DNA from: a virus
Lineage: Duplodnaviria; Caudoviricetes
Virus record (IMG/VR): IMGVR_UViG_3300046807_000026
Location: 1-52,569 of that record
Length of the DNA: 52,569 nt
Reading direction: 5' to 3' (one strand)
Part shown: positions 1 to 10,424 of the stretch, one piece after another
How positions within the stretch are numbered: position 1 is the stretch's first letter
Layout: each line of letters starts with the position of its first letter
Program-made: the position numbers and the translations under genes
The notes under the pieces: generated by a model
What the model saw: the letters and a program-made list of their open reading frames with translations, nothing else
Database searches by the model: none
Told to the model about the DNA's origin: nothing

Positions 1-2
1 CA

Positions 3-1382
3 ACAAGTGCAAATACTGCATCAACTATTGTAAAAAGAGATGCTTCTGGTAATTTCTCAGCAGGTACAATTACTGCTACTTTAACTGGTAATGCAAGTAC
101 AGCTACAAAATGGGTGACAGCTCGTAACTTATCCCTAACTGGTGATGGTACTGCTACTCTATCTTCTGTAGATGGTTCTGCAAACGTTTCTGGTGCTTTT
201 ACACTAGCAACTGTTAACTCAAATGTAGGTTCCTTTGGTGGTTCTACAGCCATTCCTGTAATTACTGTAAATGCTAAGGGTTTGGTTACTGGTGTTACAA
301 CAGCAAGTATTTCATCTAGTTTAACTATTGGTTCTACAACTATTGCATTAGGTACTACTCAAACTTCATTAGCTGGTCTAACAGAATTAACAGTAGACAA
401 TTTAAATTTTAATGGTAACACAATTAGTTCCACTAATGCAAACGGTGATATCGTTATTAGTCCTAACGGTACGGGTGCTATTGATGTATCTAGTCACAGA
501 ATTACTGGTGTAGCTACTCCTGTAAATTCAACAGATGCAGCCAATAAAGCTTATGTTGATAATGCTATTTCAGGATTAGACTGGAAAGAAGCTGCTCATT
601 TAATGTCAGTAACTAATGTTGCATTGACAGGTTCTACAAATACACTTGTAATTGACGGACATAGTGCTTTAGATTCAGCAGATAATGGTTATCGTATTTT
701 ATTAACTGGACAAAGTGTTTCAGTTAATAATGGTATTTATGTTTATTCTGATAATGGAACCACTTATTCATTAACTCGATCTACAGATGCAGATACTTAT
801 CAGGAACTTATTGGTGCTTCCATCTATATCCTAGAAGGTGTTAATTATGGTCGCACTGGTTGGGTTCAGACTAATCATTATCTAACAGATTTTTCAAGTC
901 AGATTTGGGCACAATTCTCTGGTGCTGGTGCTTATGTTGCTGGTAACGGTCTAACATTAACTGGTACTACTTTTGATATTGGTGCTGGTTTAGGTATCAC
1001 AGTTAATGCTAATGATTTAGCTCTTGCGAGTTCTGTAGCTGGTGCTGGTTTAACATATACTTCTGGTGTTCTAGATATTGTTGGTACTGCAAATAGAATT
1101 ACAGTTAACGCTGATTCAATTGATATTGCTTCTACATATGTAGGTCAATCAAGCATTACTACATTAGGTACAATTACTACAGGTACTTGGAATGCTACAA
1201 CAATTGCTGTACCCAACGGTGGTACAGGCTTGACAACAGCTACTTCTCGTGGTATCATTTATGGTAATGGTACATCTGCAATGGGTGTCACAGCAGCTTC
1301 TACAATTGATGGTAGTTTCTTACGTGGTGATGCTTCTGGTAATCCTTACTGGTCCAACTCTATTGACGGTGGAACATACTAA
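3..1382 (+). CDS. Fibre-like virion protein, 5'-truncated by the window edge
   Basis: The frame is open from position 3 (TSANTASTIVKRDASGNFSAG...). Gly/Thr/Ser-rich, with phage fibre motifs (DAANKAYVD, TVNAKGLVT, GGTG) and C-terminal IDGGTY. Confidence 0.75.
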   Translation, partial: TSANTASTIVKRDASGNFSAGTITATLTGNASTATKWVTARNLSLTGDGTATLSSVDGSANVSGAFTLATVNSNVGSFGGSTAIPVITVNAKGLVTGVTTASISSSLTIGSTTIALGTTQTSLAGLTELTVDNLNFNGNTISSTNANGDIVISPNGTGAIDVSSHRITGVATPVNSTDAANKAYVDNAISGLDWKEAAHLMSVTNVALTGSTNTLVIDGHSALDSADNGYRILLTGQSVSVNNGIYVYSDNGTTYSLTRSTDADTYQELIGASIYILEGVNYGRTGWVQTNHYLTDFSSQIWAQFSGAGAYVAGNGLTLTGTTFDIGAGLGITVNANDLALASSVAGAGLTYTSGVLDIVGTANRITVNADSIDIASTYVGQSSITTLGTITTGTWNATTIAVPNGGTGLTTATSRGIIYGNGTSAMGVTAASTIDGSFLRGDASGNPYWSNSIDGGTY

Positions 1383-1389
1383 TTAATTC

Positions 1390-1416
1390 AGGGCGGTTTT
1401 TACCGCCCTTTTCTTT
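1390..1416 (+). terminator. Rho-independent terminator
   Basis: agggcggt-tttt-accgccct stem-loop followed by a T-rich run. Confidence 0.7.
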
Positions 1417-1434
1417 ACCTTATTAGGAACATAA

Positions 1435-2373
1435 ATGGCAAGTACAGTACAACTTAAAAAATCATCTGTAACAAATAAAGTACCATTAACAACAGATTTA
1501 GAATATGGTGAGTTAGCCCTAAATTATGCTGATGGAAAATTATATTATAAGAAATCAGATGGTACAACAATTGATTATTTCAAAGCTGGAATCGAAACAA
1601 CGTGGATTGGTTCTACAAATATTACTACATTAGGTACAATTACTACAGGTACTTGGAATGGTTCAACTATCGCTGTATCTAATGGTGGTACTGGTGCTAC
1701 TACTGCTGCAAACGCAAGAACCAATCTAGGACTTGCAATTGGTAGTAATGTACAAGCTTGGGATGCAGACTTGGATGCTATTGCTGCATTAGCAGGTACT
1801 TCAGGTTTCTTAAAGAAAACATCTACCAATGCTTGGTCATTGGATACTAGTACATATTTAACAGCTAATCAGTCTATTACAGTTTCAGGTGATGCAACAG
1901 GTTCAGGTACTACATCCATTGCATTAACTCTTGCTAATACTGCTGTCACAGCAGGTAGTTATACTTCAGCCAACATCACTGTAGATTCTAAGGGTAGAAT
2001 TACTGCAGCAAGTAATGGTTCTGGCGGCGGTGGAGCTTCTGTTGTAATGATAGACAAGGGCACTGTAACTAGTGGTACAGTAACATTTACAGTTTCTGCA
2101 AGTGGATATCAAAGATTACAAGTAGGTGGAGCTTTGATTATTGCAACGAATGGTTGGCCTACCTCTAATACATATGGTGAACTAATGTTAGAGTTAGTTA
2201 ATGGTGCTTCTGCTGTAATTACTTGGCCTTCTATCAACTGGATCAGAGGTGATGGTACAGTTACTACAACTTTTGGAAGTAACGGCGCATCATTACAAGT
2301 AGCAGGAACAGATTTTATTTCATTGTGGACAAGAAACGGTGGTACAACAATTTATGGAAAGATTATTAGATGA
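1435..2373 (+). CDS. Tail/head fibre protein with Mtd-N-like N-terminal anchor
   Basis: N-terminal VQLKKSS...LEYGELALNYADGKLY; fibre motifs GGTGATTAANARTNLGL and TVDSKGRITAA; RBS aggaa. Confidence 0.7.
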   Translation: MASTVQLKKSSVTNKVPLTTDLEYGELALNYADGKLYYKKSDGTTIDYFKAGIETTWIGSTNITTLGTITTGTWNGSTIAVSNGGTGATTAANARTNLGLAIGSNVQAWDADLDAIAALAGTSGFLKKTSTNAWSLDTSTYLTANQSITVSGDATGSGTTSIALTLANTAVTAGSYTSANITVDSKGRITAASNGSGGGGASVVMIDKGTVTSGTVTFTVSASGYQRLQVGGALIIATNGWPTSNTYGELMLELVNGASAVITWPSINWIRGDGTVTTTFGSNGASLQVAGTDFISLWTRNGGTTIYGKIIR

Positions 2374-5300
2374 CTTTTTCAGCTAAAATATCACAAAAGA
2401 ATGCTATTCCCGGTTCAGATTTTTATACTACACTTGATGGTAGAAGTAAGAATACAGTATCTAGTGATGGAAACAATACCTTAGTTGTGGGTTCATTAGG
2501 TATTATTGACTTTAGCAATGATAATGGCTTAACTTGGTATGCATCTAAATCATACCCATCAATAGGTGCTGGTACTGTAAATAAAATTATTTATGCCAAT
2601 GGGCAGTTTGTTGCTGCCACTACTGTAGGCATCTATATTTCTAAAACTGGAGATGCTTGGTACAGAACTGTTAGTACTAATTTTCATAGTATTCAATATA
2701 ATGGTTCAATCTACGTAGGTGCAGCAGGCAATGGTGTATTTTCAAGCACTGATCTGATTACGTTTACTTCAAGAAAAACTACAACTCGTGGTGGAACAGC
2801 GGATATTGTTTGGACAGGTGTTGCTTTTATTGTCACATTTAGTGGTAATGGTATTGTGTTCAGAAGTACAGATGGTATTAATTGGACATTATCAAATCAG
2901 ACGTTAGATACTTATACTTTTTCATATGACGGAACCTCTTGGTTAGCACATAGTTCTTATGGTTATGGTAGAACAAGTACAGATGGTATTAATTGGAATA
3001 CTTGCATTGATGGTCTTACTCAATCTCAATTACCTACACAGACTATTTGGGATTCTACTAATTCACGATATGTAGCTTCACTAGGTAACTTAACTTCCTT
3101 AACTGGAAGTGGACATATGGCGACAAGTATGGATGGTAAAACTTGGACAAACAGACTCACAGATGCATCTAATGCTTATTTGGGTATTGCTAGAAATGCT
3201 AACACATTTGTAGGTGTTGGTTACACTGGTAAAATTGCATATAGTACTGATTCCGGTACAAACTGGACAAAGCTGCCTAAAAGTTTCTTATTACCTGCTA
3301 GTTCTTGGAACTGGTGTACAGGAAACAGCTCACGATTTATTGCCTCAGGGAATACGGCTACAGCTATGGTTGTAAGCAGTGACGATGGTATTTCTTGGGA
3401 TATTCGAGTAACCAGTACAACTTTTGCAGGTTATACTTTAACAGGTGCTGGCTATGTTGTTTGGAATGGGACAATGTTTGTAGGTATCATATCTACATCT
3501 ACTCAATCCAGAACGATTTACAGTAGTGATGGTATTACTTGGACAATGGGTGGTGCATTACCAAGTTTAGGTTCTTGGACTGCTCTAGCTTGGAATGGTT
3601 CAGTATGGGCAACTGTTAGAAGTGGTTCAAATGCAGCAGCTTATTCCACAGACGGTATTAATTGGACTTCAGCAACACTACCTGTTTCAGCAAACTGGAA
3701 TCATGGTGCTGGTATTATTGGTGGAAGAATTACATGCTGTGTAGATAGTGCAATTACTACTGTATATACGACTGACGGTATTACATGGACTCAAGGCTCC
3801 ATGAGTGCTTCTCGTTCTTGGCAAGGTATGGCTTCCAACGGTACTAGATTAGTGGCAACTGCTTATTCTTCTTCTGTTGCTGCAGTTTCTACAGATGGTA
3901 TTACTTGGACTGAGTATGCATTACCAGTATCAACTACTTGGCAACGAGTGGCATCAACTGGTACTGCATTTTGTGTACCATCAAATAGTTCTGCAATTGT
4001 AGCTGTTTCTACAGATGGACAAACATGGGTTCAAAAAGCAATCGGCTTTACTGGCGCTGGTCCTTGTGGAGCAAGCAGTAATAGATTCTGTGTTTTAGCT
4101 TTTTCATCTTCAAGTAGTTCAGTTTCTTTTAATAATGGTAATGCGTTTGCAACACCTCCCGGTAACTTCGCATGGAATAGTGTAACTTATGGTAATAGTA
4201 AATTTCTTGCAGTAGGAAGTTCAGGTAGTACTGCTACATCGGTTGATGGTATTAATTGGTCTTATAATGTTAAAGTTCCAGTAGCTTACACTTTACCTAC
4301 ATCAATAAACTGGGGTCCAATAGTTTCTGATGGGACTACTACAGTTATTAGTAATGGACCGCAATTAACTAATACTACTTATTTAAGTAGTACTAATTCA
4401 GGTGATTCATGGACGCAAAGAGCATTTCCTGTAAATACACTATGGTCGCCATATTCATGTTTATATGCTAATGGTACTTGGGTTTTTGTTGCAGCTTCTG
4501 CAGGTTGGGCTAACCTTCTTACATCAAGTGTATTATACTCTTCTAACGGCACAACTTGGAATACAAGTAGTATACCATCAAATCAGGTATCTTGCTTAAC
4601 CTATGGTGCTGGAAAATTTTTAGTAACAACAACCTCATCTCAATCTTATCAATCTGTAGATAACGGAGTTAATTGGACATCTTTCTTTTTAACATCTTCT
4701 GGACCATGGCAAGCAGGAGCTTATGGTGCATCAAAATTTGTTTTTGCTGTAGGTGGTCCAAATACAATTAGTAATAAAGTTGTTTATGGAGATGTTGGTA
4801 ATTGGACTGAAACAACATTACCGCTTAGTAAAAATTGGATGAAAATGCTATGGACAGGTTCCATGTTTATTCTAATCGGTGGTTGGAATACTTATACTAA
4901 CGAGTATTTAACATCAACTGATGGTATTAGTTGGACAGTTAGAACTTTTCCTATTTCTAGTACATGGATAAACGCAGCATTGGATTCTTCTAATAACATT
5001 TGCGTTATATCTGGAGGTGCTGTAGCTAATAATAAAACTTTAGTATCTTCTGATGGTATTAATTGGAAAGTTGGCATCTTACCTTCATCTTCTCAATGGT
5101 TTGGTCTAGCTTGGACTGGTACAAACTTTATTACCAGCGTAGGTGGAAGTGTAAGCAGCAACGTTTATGCAATGTCTCCAGATGGTATTTCTTGGAGCTT
5201 GTCCTCAAACACTGGAATTCCATCTCCAAATGCATTTAGAAAAGTTATTTATGATAATTCTAAATTTATTGCAGTTGGTGATACAGGTTCTATAGCAACT

Positions 5301-7493
5301 TCTACTGATGGAAATACTTGGAATAATGCCCCAGTTCATTCAAACTTAAACTTGTGGTCAGTAGCAGCATCTAATACTGCTTTGAGTACTTCTGCGGAAG
5401 TAACGCTACTGGTGAATGGTAATGGTGTTAATAATGGAACAATCTTTACTGACAGTAGTTCTAATGCATTTGTCCCTACAGTTTTTGGTAATGCTATAAC
5501 AAGTACTGCTCAAAGTAAATTTGGTGGATCATCAATGTATTTTGATGGTAGCGGCGATGTTATTAGATATGTTGATGATAAAAAATTTAGATTTGCTTCT
5601 TCTGATTTCACTTTAGAATTTTGGATTTATCCTACAACTACAAGCGGATCGAGAGTTTGGGTTACTACTGCTGAACCAAGTGATGGTCAGGGTTTGTATG
5701 TAGGTGCGAATAATGCGTCATTGCAATTAGCTGTAGGAAATGGTTCATTTTTTATAAATAATAGTTTTAGTTCATTTACTGCAAATACATGGATGCATGT
5801 TGCTGTTACAAAACAAGAAAACATATATAGAGTATTTAAAGATGGTGTACTTGTATTTTCAACAGTAAATACTACAGTACTTAGTAATACTAATAATGCA
5901 ATCTATATTGGTGGAAGATTGAATCCAAGGGCGTTTAACAACTATGCTCAAGGTTACATGCAAGATGTACGATTAGTAATGGGACAAGCTTTATATACCA
6001 GTAACTTTTCTGTACCAACTGCAGCTTTAACAACAACCATTCCAAATACTTCAGTTAAATATGTAGCAGGTGGAGCATCTGGTGTTACACTATATTCAAA
6101 TGATGCAAACTCTTGGTATGGTGGTTTCAGTACTTTCAGTCAAATAATTTCTGACATAGAATGGACAGGTTCCAACTTTGTAGCATGTGGTACTAGTTTT
6201 CAAGCTGCTGGTGGAGGTGGAGATTTTATTGAAACTTCTTCCAATGGTATTAATTGGACTGAAAGAACGCCCGGTTTTGGTAGCTATGTTGGTATTAGTT
6301 ATGGTGGTGGTAAAACTGTTATGACAGATGGTACTAGAAGTTTAGTATCATCAGATGATGGTCTATCTTGGAAACAATATACTGTACAACGACCAAATTA
6401 TGCCAATGGAGGTTATTCGGTAGCGGCTGCTGTAGATAATGGAGTATACGTAAATGGAGAACATGCTTTTCATGGAAGTTCCGGTGTACTTTATTCAACA
6501 GATGGTAATATCTGGAATCAAGGTGGTTTCTTTAGTAATGTACAATCAGAAGGTCCAAGATGGACGGATGTTGTTTGGACTGGTGTAAATTTTGTTTGTG
6601 TAGCAGGTAATACATTCTCATGGGATAACGTAGCATACTCTCCAGATGCTGGATATTGGAAAGGTTCTAGACTACCCTACGCTTCTCAATGGACTACGGT
6701 AACCAGCAACGGAACTTTGTTGTTGGCTAGAGATAGCATGTTAAACCAAGTATCAATATCAAATGATCATGGTGTTACTTGGTCTAAAGCATATCCATTA
6801 CCATTTTCACCAACTAACTTTATTGACAATACATTAGGTTTATTTATTGCTCTTATAAACGGTGGTTCATGTTATACATCTACTGATGGTATTAATTGGA
6901 CAGCTAGAACTATGCCGGGAAGTTATAATTGGTACGATGGTTTATGGACAGGTTCAGTATTTTTAGCAATTACAAGTAATTCTACTATTGCTGCAACCAG
7001 TATTAATGGTGTTACTTGGACCAGTTTAACTTTACCGGGAGTTGTTTCAGCAGGTATCGGTGAAAATATGGCATATGGTGGTGGGCGAATTATTATTGTT
7101 GCAGGTACAACTTGTTACTACAGTGATAATAATGGAACTACTTGGGGGACTGCTACAGTACCAGCTACTCAAAATGGTTATTACGGTGTTTCATATCTTA
7201 ACGGTAAATTTATTACTGTTCCTAGATATTTTACAGCAGGAACTGATCTTCCAAGATATAGTTCTGATGGTATAACTTGGTACATGGGTAATACCACAAG
7301 TACAAGTATTTCAGATTCATCCATTGCTAGTAATAGTACAGTGAGTATTATAGTGAGTGCATATACAGATTTACCTTATATTTCATATGATGGTATTAAC
7401 TGGTTGCAGTATTCAGTTACTCCAAGTACACAAGAGTATGTTGGAACTACTACAACATTTGTAGGTAGCAATTCATTTATAGGACAAAAATAA
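2370..7493 (+). CDS. Giant adhesin / receptor-binding protein: Asp-box (S-x-D-G-x-x-W) beta-propeller repeats plus a LamG/concanavalin-like domain
   Basis: Dozens of SxDGxxW repeats; LamG signature FTLEFWIYP...WMHVAVT...GYMQDVRL; ATGA overlap with the upstream gene. Confidence 0.75.
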   Translation: MTFSAKISQKNAIPGSDFYTTLDGRSKNTVSSDGNNTLVVGSLGIIDFSNDNGLTWYASKSYPSIGAGTVNKIIYANGQFVAATTVGIYISKTGDAWYRTVSTNFHSIQYNGSIYVGAAGNGVFSSTDLITFTSRKTTTRGGTADIVWTGVAFIVTFSGNGIVFRSTDGINWTLSNQTLDTYTFSYDGTSWLAHSSYGYGRTSTDGINWNTCIDGLTQSQLPTQTIWDSTNSRYVASLGNLTSLTGSGHMATSMDGKTWTNRLTDASNAYLGIARNANTFVGVGYTGKIAYSTDSGTNWTKLPKSFLLPASSWNWCTGNSSRFIASGNTATAMVVSSDDGISWDIRVTSTTFAGYTLTGAGYVVWNGTMFVGIISTSTQSRTIYSSDGITWTMGGALPSLGSWTALAWNGSVWATVRSGSNAAAYSTDGINWTSATLPVSANWNHGAGIIGGRITCCVDSAITTVYTTDGITWTQGSMSASRSWQGMASNGTRLVATAYSSSVAAVSTDGITWTEYALPVSTTWQRVASTGTAFCVPSNSSAIVAVSTDGQTWVQKAIGFTGAGPCGASSNRFCVLAFSSSSSSVSFNNGNAFATPPGNFAWNSVTYGNSKFLAVGSSGSTATSVDGINWSYNVKVPVAYTLPTSINWGPIVSDGTTTVISNGPQLTNTTYLSSTNSGDSWTQRAFPVNTLWSPYSCLYANGTWVFVAASAGWANLLTSSVLYSSNGTTWNTSSIPSNQVSCLTYGAGKFLVTTTSSQSYQSVDNGVNWTSFFLTSSGPWQAGAYGASKFVFAVGGPNTISNKVVYGDVGNWTETTLPLSKNWMKMLWTGSMFILIGGWNTYTNEYLTSTDGISWTVRTFPISSTWINAALDSSNNICVISGGAVANNKTLVSSDGINWKVGILPSSSQWFGLAWTGTNFITSVGGSVSSNVYAMSPDGISWSLSSNTGIPSPNAFRKVIYDNSKFIAVGDTGSIATSTDGNTWNNAPVHSNLNLWSVAASNTALSTSAEVTLLVNGNGVNNGTIFTDSSSNAFVPTVFGNAITSTAQSKFGGSSMYFDGSGDVIRYVDDKKFRFASSDFTLEFWIYPTTTSGSRVWVTTAEPSDGQGLYVGANNASLQLAVGNGSFFINNSFSSFTANTWMHVAVTKQENIYRVFKDGVLVFSTVNTTVLSNTNNAIYIGGRLNPRAFNNYAQGYMQDVRLVMGQALYTSNFSVPTAALTTTIPNTSVKYVAGGASGVTLYSNDANSWYGGFSTFSQIISDIEWTGSNFVACGTSFQAAGGGGDFIETSSNGINWTERTPGFGSYVGISYGGGKTVMTDGTRSLVSSDDGLSWKQYTVQRPNYANGGYSVAAAVDNGVYVNGEHAFHGSSGVLYSTDGNIWNQGGFFSNVQSEGPRWTDVVWTGVNFVCVAGNTFSWDNVAYSPDAGYWKGSRLPYASQWTTVTSNGTLLLARDSMLNQVSISNDHGVTWSKAYPLPFSPTNFIDNTLGLFIALINGGSCYTSTDGINWTARTMPGSYNWYDGLWTGSVFLAITSNSTIAATSINGVTWTSLTLPGVVSAGIGENMAYGGGRIIIVAGTTCYYSDNNGTTWGTATVPATQNGYYGVSYLNGKFITVPRYFTAGTDLPRYSSDGITWYMGNTTSTSISDSSIASNSTVSIIVSAYTDLPYISYDGINWLQYSVTPSTQEYVGTTTTFVGSNSFIGQK

Positions 7494-9040
7494 TGCCAAT
7501 ACGTAAATACGTACCAAATTTTAGTTATAATGCTATTACTAAATCTATAGATAAATATGTTGCAGTTTCAAATAATGGAGCAATTACCACAAGTAGTGAT
7601 GGTCGATCATGGAATTATGTTATCAGTGGAACAACCACAGGTCTAACTTCTATTTTATATTCATCAGCAACATATATTATAGTTGGAGTTTCTGGATTAA
7701 TTCGTACCAGTACCGATTTAATGACTTGGTCATCTAAGTTTTCTGGTACATCCAATCAGCTTAATCAGGTAGTGTTGGGAGGGGGTAATACCTCTACCCA
7801 ACCTCTAGCTTCTACATCTTTATTGATGCGCATGAATGGAGCCAATGCAAGTACTACTTTTACAGATAGTAGTTCTAATAATTTTACAATCACTACAGTT
7901 GGTAATACAATAAATAGTACTGCTGATTTTAAATATGGCACAGCCAGTGCTTATTTTGATGGTGTTGGAGATTACTTAACAGCTCCTGATAGTAGTGCTT
8001 GGGATTTTACTGGTCAATTTTGTGTAGAGTGCTGGTTTAAATGCACAGGTAATAGTGGTGCAGCACAATCTTTAATAAGTAATTATAGATGGTCTATTGG
8101 TACTAATACTGGTTGGGGTCTTGAAGTAACACCGGGAACTGGCAAAGCTTATTTCCGTGCAAATGATGGTAGTTTGTGGAACGGTATTGCTTTCCAATTA
8201 ACCGGAACAACTACTATTCAGCTAAATACATGGTATCACATAGCAGTTACTCGTGACTCATCAAATATGACTAGGCTTTTTCTTAATGGAGTTCAAGAAG
8301 CAAGTGGTACTATGTCACTTAACCCAATCAACACTCAAAATGATCCTTTAAGAATTGGGTGTAATTTTGGTGATGGTGAAGGTAAGTCTCCAGTTTTTGG
8401 TTATATTGATGACATAAGAGTAATTAAAAATGAAGCAATTTATACTTCAAATTTTACACCACCATTAAGTGAACTTACTACTTATACAACTACAACTAGT
8501 GTGAATGCAAATTTTATTACTGTTGGTAATACTGGCACTGCTCTAATATCAGCAGATACCAATACTTGGTACTCTTGTGCAACTGGAACTGCTAATGCTT
8601 TAAATGGTGTAACATATGCAAATTCTTTATATGTAGCCGTTGGTGCATCTGGTACAATAATTACATCACCAGATACAACTATATGGACTGTTAGAAGTTC
8701 TGGTACTGCTCTTAGTTTAAATAAAGTAGTTTATGGCAATGGAAGATTTGTGGCAGTTGGAGCATCAGGTGCTTGTTGTTATTCGATAGATGGTATTACT
8801 TGGACATTTAGACTTTTAGGTTCTAGTGGAATTAGTAACTATACAATGAATGATATATGTTATAATAACTATTCTTTTATTGCTTGTACATCTGGTGGTA
8901 ATATTCTAGTTTCTCCAGATGGTATTGTTTGGGAATTATATCATACACCAACAATTACAGCATTAAATAGTATTATCTCAACAGGAAATACAACAATAGC
9001 AGTTGGAAGTAATTCCACAATCGTCATAACATATACATAA
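7493..9040 (+). CDS. Beta-propeller plus LamG domain virion protein, paralogous in architecture to the upstream gene
   Basis: SxDGxxW repeats; FCVECWFK...WYHIAVTR...GYIDDIRV. Confidence 0.75.
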   Translation: MPIRKYVPNFSYNAITKSIDKYVAVSNNGAITTSSDGRSWNYVISGTTTGLTSILYSSATYIIVGVSGLIRTSTDLMTWSSKFSGTSNQLNQVVLGGGNTSTQPLASTSLLMRMNGANASTTFTDSSSNNFTITTVGNTINSTADFKYGTASAYFDGVGDYLTAPDSSAWDFTGQFCVECWFKCTGNSGAAQSLISNYRWSIGTNTGWGLEVTPGTGKAYFRANDGSLWNGIAFQLTGTTTIQLNTWYHIAVTRDSSNMTRLFLNGVQEASGTMSLNPINTQNDPLRIGCNFGDGEGKSPVFGYIDDIRVIKNEAIYTSNFTPPLSELTTYTTTTSVNANFITVGNTGTALISADTNTWYSCATGTANALNGVTYANSLYVAVGASGTIITSPDTTIWTVRSSGTALSLNKVVYGNGRFVAVGASGACCYSIDGITWTFRLLGSSGISNYTMNDICYNNYSFIACTSGGNILVSPDGIVWELYHTPTITALNSIISTGNTTIAVGSNSTIVITYT

Positions 9041-9048
9041 GGAATAAA

Positions 9049-9516
9049 ATGTACGCATTAATAGAAAATGGACAATTTGTGAGAGAAGTAGATATCAATA
9101 CTGAATTTCCAAACATGTCTTTTCCAGATAAATCTTTAATTAAAGATTCAGATTTACCTGAGAATATTGTCAAATTATACGAAGGTGTATATCCCATGAG
9201 TCCAACTATTAAGGTGGTAGGACAAGAAGTAGTTCTAATAAATGGCTTATGGACAAAAAATTGGATTACTGAACCAGTGGAAGGTCTAGCTTTAGTGGAA
9301 ATCATTAATCAACAATGGGATGTTATAAGAGCTTTGAGAGACTCTATGATTTCTTCTTTTGATTGGAGAATACTACGTCACCAAAGAGAGTTGCGCTTGG
9401 GCATAACACCGACAGATAGTATTGAATCGCTTGATAAATATATGCAAGACTTAGCAGATATTACAAAACAAAGTGATCCTTTCAATATTGTATGGCCTCA
9501 AAAGCCTAATTTTTAA
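9049..9516 (+). CDS. Tail fibre assembly chaperone
   Basis: C-terminal W-x-x-I-R-x-x-R-D...DW...Y-x-Q-x-L-x-D-I-T-x-Q...WP motif typical of phage fibre chaperones; follows the fibre genes. Confidence 0.75.
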   Translation: MYALIENGQFVREVDINTEFPNMSFPDKSLIKDSDLPENIVKLYEGVYPMSPTIKVVGQEVVLINGLWTKNWITEPVEGLALVEIINQQWDVIRALRDSMISSFDWRILRHQRELRLGITPTDSIESLDKYMQDLADITKQSDPFNIVWPQKPNF

Positions 9517-9556
9517 AATATTACAATTAATATAGGAAGATCATGTAATATTTCAC

Positions 9557-9585
9557 TTGATTTTCCTATATACTTATGGTATAAT
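9557..9585 (+). promoter_or_regulatory. Sigma70-type promoter for head genes
   Basis: TTGATT-N17-TATAAT with extended -10 TG. Confidence 0.7.
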
Positions 9586-9617
9586 TATGTTTAATATGTA
9601 TATTAAAAGAGGATGAC

Positions 9618-10424
9618 ATGCAACCAGAGCAAAAAATTAGTAAAGCTAAGAGTTACGCTCCTACGGATGCGATGCGAAATAATGCTAGAAGAGGTTTAGC
9701 ACTACGAGAGAAATGGAATCGTGGTGGCTTAGATGCTTCTCAAGCTAAATCAGAAGGTGTAGGTTCCGGTGTAGCAAGAGCAAGAGATATCATTAATGGT
9801 AATCTCAGCTTAGATACAGTCAAACGCATGTACGCTTTCTTTAGTAGACACGAAAAGAATTATGCACCTAAAAAGAAGGAAGCTGATGGTGGACCTACTG
9901 CTGGTACTATCGCTTGGTTACTTTGGGGTGGTTCTGCAGGTTTAGCTTTCGCTAGACGAATTCTAAAGCAAGAAAATATTCTAAAGAGCTACATTAAAGA
10001 TATTACAGATACTGAAGTTAATTCAGAAGATATCTTATCGGGAATTAAACTACCCATTACAAAAGCAGTTGATGAAGAATTAAAACAAGCTACATTTATT
10101 GTTATGGTTCCAGAAGAAGTTGATGCACACGGTGACGTAACCAGTGAAGCTGAAGTTCGTAAAGCTTGTCATAACTTCAATAAATATAGCATGAAAGCTA
10201 ATCTATTTCATTTAGTTGAAACAGATACTTTTGAGTTTTGTGAAAGCTACTGCTGCCCTAGTGATTTTGTACTAGGCGATAAGTTTGTTAAAAAAGGTAC
10301 TTGGTTGGCAACTATTCAATCTTTAGATGATAATCTATGGGAATTAATCAAGTCTGGTGAAATTAATGGTTTGAGTATTGGTGCTTTAGCATCTGTCGAA
10401 TCAATCGAAGAGGATGATGAATAA
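9618..10424 (+). CDS. Prohead protease (XkdF-like serine protease) with an extra N-terminal domain
   Basis: C-terminal half VMVPEEVDAHGD...H...KKGTWL...LWELIKSGEINGLSIG; lies upstream of the scaffold and capsid genes. Confidence 0.75.
   Translation: MQPEQKISKAKSYAPTDAMRNNARRGLALREKWNRGGLDASQAKSEGVGSGVARARDIINGNLSLDTVKRMYAFFSRHEKNYAPKKKEADGGPTAGTIAWLLWGGSAGLAFARRILKQENILKSYIKDITDTEVNSEDILSGIKLPITKAVDEELKQATFIVMVPEEVDAHGDVTSEAEVRKACHNFNKYSMKANLFHLVETDTFEFCESYCCPSDFVLGDKFVKKGTWLATIQSLDDNLWELIKSGEINGLSIGALASVESIEEDDE

Noticed and set aside
2370-9040. CRISPR-like periodic repeats (gatggtattaattgg)
   Set aside because: They are degenerate, in-frame codons for the DGINW Asp-box motif inside long ORFs.
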